From the NCBI GenBank assembly GCA_963732385.1, contig CAVSZB010000008.1, positions 256,001-320,000 of the forward strand: DNA of 64,000 nt, read 5' to 3'. The position numbers and the translations under genes are program-made. This DNA is from an uncultured bacterium (GTDB taxonomy: Bacteria > Krumholzibacteriota > Krumholzibacteriia > LZORAL124-64-63). Under the pieces are notes generated by a model. The model was not told the origin of the DNA. It made no database searches and saw only the letters and a program-made list of their open reading frames with translations. The stretch's first letter is position 1; each line of letters begins with the position of its first letter. Below are positions 48,029 to 56,914 of this stretch, piece after piece.

Positions 48029-48919
48029 ATGGAGAGCAGGACCCTGCAGAAGAACCTTCTGGAACTGATCCGCCGCACCTCCGCCGAGCTGCCGGCCGAC
48101 GTGGAGCGCGCCATCGCGAAGGGGTGGCGCCGGGAGGCCGCGGGGTCGAACGCGAAGTACGCACTCAAGGTCGTGCTCGATAACATCAGGCTGGCGAAGG
48201 CGAAGTCGCTGCCGATCTGCCAGGACACCGGCACGATCATCTGCTACGCCGAACTCCCGTCGTGGCTGCCGCAGGCGACATTCACGCGCGTCTTCGACGC
48301 TGCGGTGGCGAAGGCGACGGCCGTCGGGTACCTGCGCCAGAACTCGGTCGACTCGCTCACCGGGAAGAACTCGGGCAATAATCTCGGGCCGGGCAGCCCG
48401 GTCTACCATTTTGCGCCGGCGAAGGGCAGGGCCCTGACCGCGCGGCTGATCCTCAAGGGGGGAGGCTGCGAGAACGTCGGCATCCAGTACAGCCTGCCCG
48501 ACGGCCGCGTCGGCGCCGGACGCGACCTCGCGGGCGTGCGCCTCTGCCTGCTCGACGCCGTTCATCAGGCCCAGGGGAAGGGATGCGGCCCGGGAGTGCT
48601 GGGGGTCTGTATCGGCGGCGACCGGGGCAGCGGCTATGTCGCCTCGAAGGAGGTGCTGTTCCGCGCGCTCGACGACCGGAACCCCGATCCGCGCCTGGCG
48701 AAACTCGAGCAGCAGATCACGAAGGAAGCCAACGAACTGGGCATCGGCCCGATGGGCTTCGGCGGCGCCACCACACTGATCGGTTGCAAGATCACGCATC
48801 GCAACCGGCTGCCGGCGTCGTTCTTCGTCTCGGTGTCCTACATGTGCTGGGCCTACCGTCGCAACGGATTCGTGCTGGGCGAGTCGGGCCGGATCTCGCG
48901 CTGGCTCTACGACAGCTGA
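48029..48919 (+). CDS. Class I (Fe-S) fumarate hydratase alpha subunit
   Basis: PICQDTG, LRQNSV, KGGGCEN, GCGPG, GIGPMGFGG, MCWAYR; ATG 48029 after AAGGAG. Confidence 0.88.
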   Translation: MESRTLQKNLLELIRRTSAELPADVERAIAKGWRREAAGSNAKYALKVVLDNIRLAKAKSLPICQDTGTIICYAELPSWLPQATFTRVFDAAVAKATAVGYLRQNSVDSLTGKNSGNNLGPGSPVYHFAPAKGRALTARLILKGGGCENVGIQYSLPDGRVGAGRDLAGVRLCLLDAVHQAQGKGCGPGVLGVCIGGDRGSGYVASKEVLFRALDDRNPDPRLAKLEQQITKEANELGIGPMGFGGATTLIGCKITHRNRLPASFFVSVSYMCWAYRRNGFVLGESGRISRWLYDS

Positions 48920-48946
48920 GCCGCCGCGCGCCAAAAGGAGACGACC

Positions 48947-49519
<573 letters not shown>

Positions 49520-49523
49520 AGGC

Positions 49524-50828
49524 GTGACGAACGGTGCGCGCGGTTCGGTTCCGGGCGGGGAGGCGAGTATCGCCTCGCTGCTCGGCGTTTTGTGGCGTCG
49601 GCGGGCCATCGTGGTCGGGTTGACCGCAGCCGGCCTCGTGGCCGGGCTGGCCTACATCCTGGTCGTCGCTCCCCTGTATCGCGCCACGGCGTCGGTGCGA
49701 CCCGGCATCATGGCGTTCACCGAACGGGGCGACCCGGTGCGCGAATGGAAGCTCAAGGATGTTACCTACTGGTTCAGCCGGAAGATGTACGCCGATGCCC
49801 TGCGCGCGGAGTTCGGCTGGCCGCAGCGGCAGCCCGCCCCGGTGATCAGGGCCGAGTTCATACCGCGCGGATCGCAGAATATCCAGGGCGGTGACGTGAT
49901 CACCCTGCAGACACTCGACAACGACCCGCAGCGCGCCCTGCGCATTCTCGACGGCGCCATCGAGGCCTTCAACGCCTATGCGGCGGCCGACACGATGGTC
50001 AGCGGACTCGCGCTGACGCGCGCCGGCCTCGATGTGCAGATCGCCAACCTGCGCAACGAAAAGAACAAGCTGCTCACCAGGAAGGAGCGCCTGGCGCTGA
50101 CCATCGCGGACGCGGAGCAGGACCTGGCGGTGGTCGGGGCGAACCGCCAGCGCATCGATCTCGAGCTGGAGAAGATCGCGGCCGCGAACCGCCTGCGGGA
50201 AAGTCTGCTCGCAACTGCCCAGGAGCAGACCGACGCGACGGTGCGCAGTCGCGAAGAACTCGAACAGGCGCTGCGGCGGTTGACGCTCGAAGCGGATCGT
50301 TCGGCCCAGCCGGCCGATTCCCTGGCCGCGGCGCTCGAACTGCCGGGGCTCACGCCGTGGCTGCTCGGGAGCCTGCGCCGCGGCGACGCGGCCGGCAACG
50401 CGCTGGCGTTGCGGCGCTTCGAACAGCGCAACCGGGCCCTGGTCGACAGCCTGCGCTACGAGATCGATCTCGCGCATGGCGCGGTCACCGACCTGCATCT
50501 CAAACGCGATGTCGACCTCGAGCGGGCCCGGGTCGGCGCGGTCGGACGCATCGGCGATCTCAGACTGCAGCAGGAGCAGGAGGTGGCGACCGAGCTGATG
50601 ACCATCGATCAGGCCATCCGCGGCAAGCGGGCGCAACTCTCGGTGTTGTCGCCCCTGGAGCGGATCGGAAGCACGCAGGTCACCGCCCGCCCGGTGCGGC
50701 CGCGCCGGCTGCGGGCCGTGATGCTGCTGACTTTGGCCGGCGGTTTCGCCTCCCTGGCGATCGCGCTGGGCTGGGACTACCTGGCCGCCCACCGGGACGA
50801 GATCCTGCGTGGCGACCGCGGTGCCTGA
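49524..50828 (+). CDS. Wzz/polysaccharide co-polymerase-like protein
   Basis: N-terminal TM (LWRRRAIVV...PLYRATA), long coiled coil, Pro-rich PVRPRR motif before the C-terminal TM. Confidence 0.7.
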   Translation: MTNGARGSVPGGEASIASLLGVLWRRRAIVVGLTAAGLVAGLAYILVVAPLYRATASVRPGIMAFTERGDPVREWKLKDVTYWFSRKMYADALRAEFGWPQRQPAPVIRAEFIPRGSQNIQGGDVITLQTLDNDPQRALRILDGAIEAFNAYAAADTMVSGLALTRAGLDVQIANLRNEKNKLLTRKERLALTIADAEQDLAVVGANRQRIDLELEKIAAANRLRESLLATAQEQTDATVRSREELEQALRRLTLEADRSAQPADSLAAALELPGLTPWLLGSLRRGDAAGNALALRRFEQRNRALVDSLRYEIDLAHGAVTDLHLKRDVDLERARVGAVGRIGDLRLQQEQEVATELMTIDQAIRGKRAQLSVLSPLERIGSTQVTARPVRPRRLRAVMLLTLAGGFASLAIALGWDYLAAHRDEILRGDRGA

Positions 50829-52278
50829 CCGCCGGCCCGCCATGCGCGGCAGGAGCGGAATGCTGCGGAACCTGGGCATCCTGACCGGAGCCCAGGTGGC
50901 CACCCAGCTGCTCAATGTCGTGGCGCTCGTCTATTTGGCGCGACGGGTCGGCGCCCACTGGTTCGGCGTGCTGCAGGTCGGCGTGGCGGTGATGGCCTAC
51001 GCCCTGATCATCGCCGAGTGGGGGCTCTTCTCGAGCGGCGTGCGCGCCGTGGCGCGGCTCGATCACCCCGCCGACGTGCGTCTCTACGCGCGCCGGCATG
51101 CCGGTCTGATGGGGATGCTCGCCTGCGTCGTGCTGGCCGCCGGCTCGCTCATCCTGCCCCGCCTGCCGTTCTTCCGCGAGGATCCCTGGATCTTCCTGCT
51201 CTATCTGCTCGCGGTCGTGCCACAGGTGCTGATGTTCGACTGGGTCGGCGTCGGCCTCGAACGGATGACCTGGCCCGCGCTGGCGAAGGTGGTGCGCAGC
51301 CTGGTGTACGCCGGGGCGGTGCTGCTTTTGCTGGCGCGGCTGGACGGCGTGCTGGGGTGGCCCGACCGGCGCTGGGTGCCGCTGCTGCTGCTGTTCTCGC
51401 TGACCGCCGGGAACCTCGTCATGGCCGTGCCGCTCGCGCGCTGGCTGGGCGGTCCGGTCTGGCCCGCGTTCGGTGGGATGGCCGACTGGCGCGCCCGGCT
51501 CGCCGTGGTGGCGCCGCTGGGCGGGGCGATCGTCGTCATGCGGATCCTGCTCAACGCCGACATCGTCGCGCTCGGCCTGCTCGCGCAGCCTGACGTGGCG
51601 GGCGGCTACGCGGCCGCCGCCAAGATCGTGTTCGTGCTGGTGACCGCCGTGGAGGTGCTCTGGAACGCGCTGCTGCCGCGCCTGTCACGGCTGTGGCGGG
51701 AGTCGCCGACCCGCTTCCAGGCGCGCCTGGCGCTCTACCTGGGGCTCGTGCTGGCGTTGTTCGCCCCGGCGGCGGCGGGCGGCGCGGCGCTGGGCGGATC
51801 GGTCGTGCGCGTCCTCTACGGCGCGCAGTTCCCGGCTGCCGGAATCGTCTTTCGCCTGCTGAGCGTCTCCTATGTGGTGCTGGCGGTCGGGCAGTTTCTC
51901 GGCCAGGCGCTCGTGGCGTGCGACCGGCAACGCGCGGCCTTCCCGCCCGTGGCGGCGGGCGCCGTGGTGGCGATCGCGATGGCGGCGCTGCTCATCCCGC
52001 GCGCCGGCGCGGCGGGAGCCGCCGTGGCGATGCTGCTCGCGCACGTGACGCTCCTGGCGGGGAGTTCCTGGGCCTGTCGCCGGTTGATCGGACGGCGGCT
52101 GGGCGAGGTGGCCTGCATCACGGTCATAGCGGCGGCGGCGATGGGGTTCGCCGTGGCGCGGGTGGGGACGGTCTGGCCGCTCGCGGCGGCGATCGTCGCC
52201 GGGATCGTCCTTTATGCCGCGCTGGCCGGCTGGCCGCTGTGGCGCTGGTACCGGCGGGCGCGGGCGGAAGCCGCTTGA
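50821..52278 (+). CDS. Wzx/MOP family polysaccharide flippase
   Basis: RNLGIL...YLARRVG...FG, NADIVALG, GGYAAAAK, LIPRAGAAGAAVA; many TM helices. The start could also be 50842 or 50860. Confidence 0.8.
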   Translation: MPDRRPAMRGRSGMLRNLGILTGAQVATQLLNVVALVYLARRVGAHWFGVLQVGVAVMAYALIIAEWGLFSSGVRAVARLDHPADVRLYARRHAGLMGMLACVVLAAGSLILPRLPFFREDPWIFLLYLLAVVPQVLMFDWVGVGLERMTWPALAKVVRSLVYAGAVLLLLARLDGVLGWPDRRWVPLLLLFSLTAGNLVMAVPLARWLGGPVWPAFGGMADWRARLAVVAPLGGAIVVMRILLNADIVALGLLAQPDVAGGYAAAAKIVFVLVTAVEVLWNALLPRLSRLWRESPTRFQARLALYLGLVLALFAPAAAGGAALGGSVVRVLYGAQFPAAGIVFRLLSVSYVVLAVGQFLGQALVACDRQRAAFPPVAAGAVVAIAMAALLIPRAGAAGAAVAMLLAHVTLLAGSSWACRRLIGRRLGEVACITVIAAAAMGFAVARVGTVWPLAAAIVAGIVLYAALAGWPLWRWYRRARAEAA

Positions 52279-52372
52279 CAAGGGGTGGGGCCCGGGCGGA
52301 TCTTGCCGCTTGCGCGCGCCGGCCCGCGCGGGGTCCGGCGGTCGTGTTTCCACCACTCAGCGGGGGTGTTCC

Positions 52373-53155
52373 ATGAAGCGATCCGAGTGGCGCGCCACGG
52401 TATTGTTGCTGTGCGCCGGCGCCCTTCTGGCCGGATGCCAGGGAGGCAAAAAGGTGTCGGACGAGCAGAAGGCAAAGGCCGCCGCCGGCGGTCTGCAGGT
52501 GCAGGACCTGACGCCGGGCGATGGCGTTGAGGCGAAGCCGGGCGATTTTCTCGTCGTGGACTACACCGGCTGGCTGACGGTAAACGGCAAGCAGGGGGAG
52601 AAGTTCGACAGTTCGCTCGACCGCGGCGTGCCGTTCACGGTCCGGCTCGGCTACGGCCGCGTGATCGCCGGCTGGGATCAGGGACTGATCGGCATGAAGG
52701 TGGGCGGCACCCGGCGGCTGGTCATCCCGCCTGAACTGGGTTATGGCGCCGTCCAGTCCGGTCCGATCCCGCCCAATTCGACCCTGATGTTCGACGTGAT
52801 CCTGCGTGACATTCCGCGCGTGCAGGTGCGCGATCTCGTCGCCGGCAGCGGCCCGCAGGCGCTCGAGGGCGATGCGTGCGATTTCAACTATACCGGTTGG
52901 TTGTACGAGGACGGGGCGCGCGGCAGGCAGTTCGACAGCTCCGTCGGCGGCAAACCGTTCCAGGTCACCCTGGGCGCGGGCCAGGTCATCCCCGGCTGGG
53001 ATATCGGCCTGGTCGGCATGAAGGTTGGCGGCAGGCGCGAGCTGATCATCCCGCCTGAACTGGCCTACGCCAAGCGGGGCGCCGGCAACGTGATCCCGCC
53101 CGACGCCACGCTGGTGTTCGAGGTCGAGTTGATGAGTGTGGCGGGCAAACAGTAG
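52373..53155 (+). CDS. Lipoprotein FKBP-type peptidyl-prolyl isomerase with two tandem FKBP domains
   Basis: Lipobox LAG-C; the pattern YTGWL...FDSS...VIxGWDxGLxGMKVGGxRxLxIPPELxY occurs twice. Confidence 0.92.
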   Translation: MKRSEWRATVLLLCAGALLAGCQGGKKVSDEQKAKAAAGGLQVQDLTPGDGVEAKPGDFLVVDYTGWLTVNGKQGEKFDSSLDRGVPFTVRLGYGRVIAGWDQGLIGMKVGGTRRLVIPPELGYGAVQSGPIPPNSTLMFDVILRDIPRVQVRDLVAGSGPQALEGDACDFNYTGWLYEDGARGRQFDSSVGGKPFQVTLGAGQVIPGWDIGLVGMKVGGRRELIIPPELAYAKRGAGNVIPPDATLVFEVELMSVAGKQ

Positions 53156-53333
53156 TCCGCGCAGTGCCGCGCCGTTTCACGCGCCGGGCGGTCCAGCGGG
53201 GCCACCCGGCGCTTCTACCGGGACAGCCGCGCTCCGCGCGGTCCCGACGGGGTCGGGGGCGTTTCAAGGGCGGCGCCGGTTCGGCAGAGGTTCCGGACCG
53301 CCGGGGAGTGGCGGGATACCTCGTTGATTGAGC

Positions 53334-53606
53334 TTGACAATTACTCCACGGGGCGTATCAATTCGCCGTGAATGTGAGGTGGAACTCCCGGCCGAACCTG
53401 TCGCATCCGGCCTCCCGGCCCGGGCGCTGGCGGTCCTTACGAGTGGGGTCGTGAGACCGGAGCCGACGGAGTGATCACAAATCCCAATGGACATTCCCGC
53501 TGGAGTGCGTAGGGTCTGGACGTGAGCGGTGCGCGCTTTCGACAGCTCCTCTTCTCTTGAGGGGAAGGAAACCGTCAGGTAGGGTGTGTAAGAAAGGAGT
53601 TCCGAG
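53334..53606 (+). promoter_or_regulatory. Promoter and long structured 5' leader of the lipoprotein/L,D-transpeptidase operon
   Basis: TTGACA 53334-53339 with a TATCAA(T) -10-like element at 53356. GGAACTCC (53381-53388) is the exact complement of GGAGTTCC (53596-53603), which covers the RBS. GNRA hairpin GGTC-GTGA-GACC at 53447-53458. Confidence 0.5.
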
Positions 53607-54212
53607 ATGTCGTCGAAGCGTATGTTGGTGATGGTTCTCGTCGTGATGGCCTTGCCGCTGATCTGGGGCTGTTCGAAGCCGCCGGAGCTTGAGTTGCAGA
53701 AGGCCAACACCTCCATCCAGGCGGCCATGACCGCCGAGGCCGAGGAGTATGCCGCTCAGTCCCTGACCGTCGCGCGGGATACCCTCAATTCCGCCATGGC
53801 CATGAAGGAGGAGCAGGACGGCAAGTTCGCCCTGTTCCGCAGCTATGGCAAGGCGAAGGCCCAGTTCGTCCGCGCCGAAGCGCTGGCCCAGAAGGCAGCC
53901 ACGGACGCCGCCGCCGAGAAGGAACGCGTGCGTCAGGAAGTCGCGGACATGCTGACCCAGACCCGGGCCGCTCTCGACGCCGCCAAGGTCGCGCTTGACG
54001 CGGCTCCGGTGGGCAAGGGCAACAAGGCGGATATCGCGCTCATTACGAACGATCTGCTGACCATCAACGCCGCCTTCGACGAGGCCCGCGCCGAATTCGA
54101 CGGTGGCCGGTTCAAGTCGGCGAAAGCCAAGGTCGAGGCTGTCATGGCGCGTGCCACCACGATTTCGTCAGAGATCGCCATCGCCGGGGCGAAGAAGGCC
54201 GGCCGCCGCTAG
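53607..54212 (+). CDS. Helical Ala/Lys-rich lipoprotein (DUF4398-like)
   Basis: AGAAAGGAG RBS; lipobox IWG-C followed by SKPP; AEAEEYA motif; all-helical composition; ends AGAKKAGRR. Confidence 0.75.
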   Translation: MSSKRMLVMVLVVMALPLIWGCSKPPELELQKANTSIQAAMTAEAEEYAAQSLTVARDTLNSAMAMKEEQDGKFALFRSYGKAKAQFVRAEALAQKAATDAAAEKERVRQEVADMLTQTRAALDAAKVALDAAPVGKGNKADIALITNDLLTINAAFDEARAEFDGGRFKSAKAKVEAVMARATTISSEIAIAGAKKAGRR

Positions 54213-54244
54213 AGGCCAGCGCCTTCGATTCCGATTGGGTACCG

Positions 54245-54276
54245 GAGGGGGGGCGCCGCTGGCGGTGTCCCCCCTC
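54245..54276 (+). terminator. Intra-operon 14-bp stem-loop after the lipoprotein gene
   Basis: GAGGGGGGGCGCCG-CTGG-CGGTGTCCCCCCTC followed only by TTC: an attenuating or mRNA-stabilising hairpin. Confidence 0.55.
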
Positions 54277-54321
54277 TTCACCAGGAACCGGCCAGGCCGG
54301 GCGATGTCTCGAGACGGAGCT

Positions 54322-55392
54322 GTGAAACTCAACCGGGTCTGCATTCGGCCGTTCCTCCTGCTGTCGCTCCTGCTGCCGCTGCTTGGCGGTTGCCAGGATT
54401 CCCCTTTAAGCGCCCTGCAGACGGCCAGGCTGGCGCTCGAGACGGCGCAGCGGGCGGGGGGCATCGTCTACCATGAGCCGGCCTACCGCGCCGCCGAGAC
54501 CCTGCAGCGGGCCGGCATCCTGGAGGTCGCCCGCCAGAAGGCGCGTCCGGCCCCCTTCCGTGACTACGCGCTGGGGGAGATGCTGCTGGGGCAGGCGGCC
54601 GCACAGGCCAATCGCGCCGCTCAGCACGCGCGGGATCGCACGCACGCCCTGGAGCGGCTGGCGAGCGGGGACATCGCGGCGCTGGAGTCGCAGCTGTCGG
54701 CCTACCGGCAATCGCTCAACAACTCGCTGATCCTGTTCCATGTCGAGCGCTCCTACTCCGAAGCCAGGATGTCGCTGCATACCGCCCGGCGACTCTTCAC
54801 GAAGGGCGAGTATGCCGCCGCCCGCCATGATGCGGCGCGCGGCCGGGATTTCCTGCGTCAGGTGGCACGGTCGCTGGCCGAATCGGACCTGGCGGAGGCG
54901 CCGTTCCTGGTCATATGGCGACGCTGGATCGACGAGACCGTGGCCGGTTCGCGGGCCTCGGGCGGGCACGCGGTGATCGTGGACAAGGGGAGCCACCGCG
55001 CCTATCTGCTGCGCGCCGGCAGGATCGTCGAGACTTACCGCTGCGATCTGGGCTACAATTCGGCGCGCCAGAAGATGTACGCTGGCGATGGCGCCACTCC
55101 CGAGGGCAAGTATCATGTCTCACACGTGCTCACGCGCAGCCGCTACTTCAAGGCGCTGCGCATCGACTACCCCAATACGGACGATCTGCGGCGCCACGCC
55201 GACGCGCGTCGGCGGAAGCAGGTCCGCGGGTCCGTGGGCGGGCTGATCGAAATCCACGGCGAGGGTGGGCGCAATGAGGACTGGACTATGGGTTGCGTCG
55301 CCCTGAGCAACCACGACATGGAAGACCTGATGCGAAAGGTGGGGATAGGCACCCCTGTGACCATTGTCCGTCGCGCGGGGTCCTGGCCATGA
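54322..55392 (+). CDS. Lipoprotein with helical N-domain and YkuD catalytic domain (YafK/DpaA-like subgroup)
   Basis: Lipobox LGG-C; IVDKGSH, KMYAGDGATPEGKY, IDYPN, IEIHG...WTMGCVAL (His/Cys dyad). Start at GTG 54322 or ATG 54304. Confidence 0.85.
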   Translation: MKLNRVCIRPFLLLSLLLPLLGGCQDSPLSALQTARLALETAQRAGGIVYHEPAYRAAETLQRAGILEVARQKARPAPFRDYALGEMLLGQAAAQANRAAQHARDRTHALERLASGDIAALESQLSAYRQSLNNSLILFHVERSYSEARMSLHTARRLFTKGEYAAARHDAARGRDFLRQVARSLAESDLAEAPFLVIWRRWIDETVAGSRASGGHAVIVDKGSHRAYLLRAGRIVETYRCDLGYNSARQKMYAGDGATPEGKYHVSHVLTRSRYFKALRIDYPNTDDLRRHADARRRKQVRGSVGGLIEIHGEGGRNEDWTMGCVALSNHDMEDLMRKVGIGTPVTIVRRAGSWP

Positions 55393-56051
55393 GAACACGC
55401 ACCCGCTGGCTGCTATTCCTGAGCCTGCCGCTGCTGCTGCTGGGGGTGGCGGGGTATCTGGCCTGGCGACTGACTTTTCCGCCGGTCGTGCCGCCGACAC
55501 CCGAAGTCACGGCGCTCGATGCCCTGGAACTGACGCCGCTAGCGAGCGACCCGAAGCAGGCGCGCAGGGAACTGGATCAGGCCCGCAGGGCCCTGGCCAA
55601 GCTGCAGCCGACCGGAGAGTACATCGTCATCGACACGCACGCGAACCTTGCCTCCCTGCGCACCCGCGACAAAGTGATCCTGCAGGGGGTCTGCTCGACC
55701 GGATCGGGCGCGGCGCTGACCGATTCGCTGACCGGACAGAAGTGGATCTTCCGCACGCCCCATGGCGTGTTCAAGATCGGTTCCAAGCTCAAGGATCCGA
55801 TCTGGCGCAAGCCCGACTGGGCTTTCGTCGAGGAGGGGGAGCGGCCGCCCAAGAATGTCAACGAGCGCTACGACGAGAACGTCATGGGCGAGTATGCCAT
55901 GGGCTTTGGCAACGGCTACTTCATCCACGGCACGATTTACGAGCGACTGCTCGGCGTGAGCGTGACTCACGGCTGCGTGCGGCTAGGCACGGAAGATTTG
56001 AGGAAGTTCTATGAGCGGGTCCAGAAGGGCACGTCGGTCTACATCTTCTGA
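55389..56051 (+). CDS. L,D-transpeptidase (ErfK/YbiS-like) with N-terminal membrane anchor
   Basis: TPHGVFKI, PIWRKPDW, YFIHGT...LGVSVTHGCVRL; ATGA overlap with the previous gene. Confidence 0.9.
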   Translation: MRTRTRWLLFLSLPLLLLGVAGYLAWRLTFPPVVPPTPEVTALDALELTPLASDPKQARRELDQARRALAKLQPTGEYIVIDTHANLASLRTRDKVILQGVCSTGSGAALTDSLTGQKWIFRTPHGVFKIGSKLKDPIWRKPDWAFVEEGERPPKNVNERYDENVMGEYAMGFGNGYFIHGTIYERLLGVSVTHGCVRLGTEDLRKFYERVQKGTSVYIF

Positions 56052-56856
56052 CCGTTGCCCGGATCGCAGCACCTGGAATCTCCGATCGGCGGGCCTCGCC
56101 CTCCTCGGCGCGGCGCTGGCGTTGTTGCTGACGTGCGCCATGTCGGCGACCCCGCTGCGAGCCGAAACCACCAGACCGGCATCGCGCAAGACCCCGGCCA
56201 AGAGCGCCCCGGCCGCGCCGAAGACCGGCAGGAAAGCCGCCAACAAGGGGCGCGCCGCGTCGACGTCGACCGCGGTGATCCCGGCCAGCGGCCCGGAGCG
56301 CCAGCGGGCCGAGGTGGAATACCAGATGCTGCAGGCGGAGCTGAAACTCGCCAAGAGCGACAAGCCGTACCTGCTGTTCCAGTGGGAGCCGACGCCGCAG
56401 ATGATCGTCAAGCTCAAGGGGGCGGTGGTGGCGGCCTATCCGCTGCGCCTCGATGACGGTCCCGGCGCGGTGCATCGTTTCCGCGAGAAGTTCCGCGGCC
56501 CGCAGCGGCGGGTCGTGCGGGGGCTGGCGCAGAAGTATCTCTATACGGCCCGGGACCAGACCCCCGACTCCGTGCTGACGATCGTGGGCAGCGTGCTCAA
56601 TCTCGATCCCCGGGAGATGCAGCGCGAGGTTCCCGGCTGGTTCGAGCTGAAGTGGCAGGACGATCTCGTGCTCGAAGTGCGGGCCGACGTGGATGGCCAG
56701 CCGATGCCGGGGGTGGATCTCAAGATCGTCAAGCTGCAGCAGAAGCTGCGCCGGCCGTTCGGCGAGATCCGGCTGCGCGTGCATCTCGACCGGCGCGATG
56801 CCCTGACGATCTATCGGTTCGCGGGCCCCGGGCTGCCGGTGCTCAGCCCGCTCTGA
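56011..56856 (+). CDS. Exported protein with degenerate YkuD-like fold lacking the catalytic His/Cys
   Basis: Signal-like hydrophobic segment and Lys/Pro/Ala linker. The C-terminus IRLRVHLDRRDALTIYRFAGPGLPV parallels the YkuD ending GCVRLxxxDxxxxYxxVxxGTxV but has no Cys. Start uncertain. Confidence 0.5.
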   Translation: MSGSRRARRSTSSDRCPDRSTWNLRSAGLALLGAALALLLTCAMSATPLRAETTRPASRKTPAKSAPAAPKTGRKAANKGRAASTSTAVIPASGPERQRAEVEYQMLQAELKLAKSDKPYLLFQWEPTPQMIVKLKGAVVAAYPLRLDDGPGAVHRFREKFRGPQRRVVRGLAQKYLYTARDQTPDSVLTIVGSVLNLDPREMQREVPGWFELKWQDDLVLEVRADVDGQPMPGVDLKIVKLQQKLRRPFGEIRLRVHLDRRDALTIYRFAGPGLPVLSPL

Positions 56857-56914
56857 CCGGTCGGCCGGCCGTCCGCTGACGACCGGCCCCGGTCCCCCTG
56901 TCCCGCCGTTCGCC

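Noticed and set aside
52500..53140. Direct DNA repeats (e.g. GGCATGAAGGT.GGCGGCA and CATCCCGCCTGAACTGG, each twice)
   Set aside because: Explained by the tandem duplication of the FKBP domain; not a CRISPR or mobile repeat.
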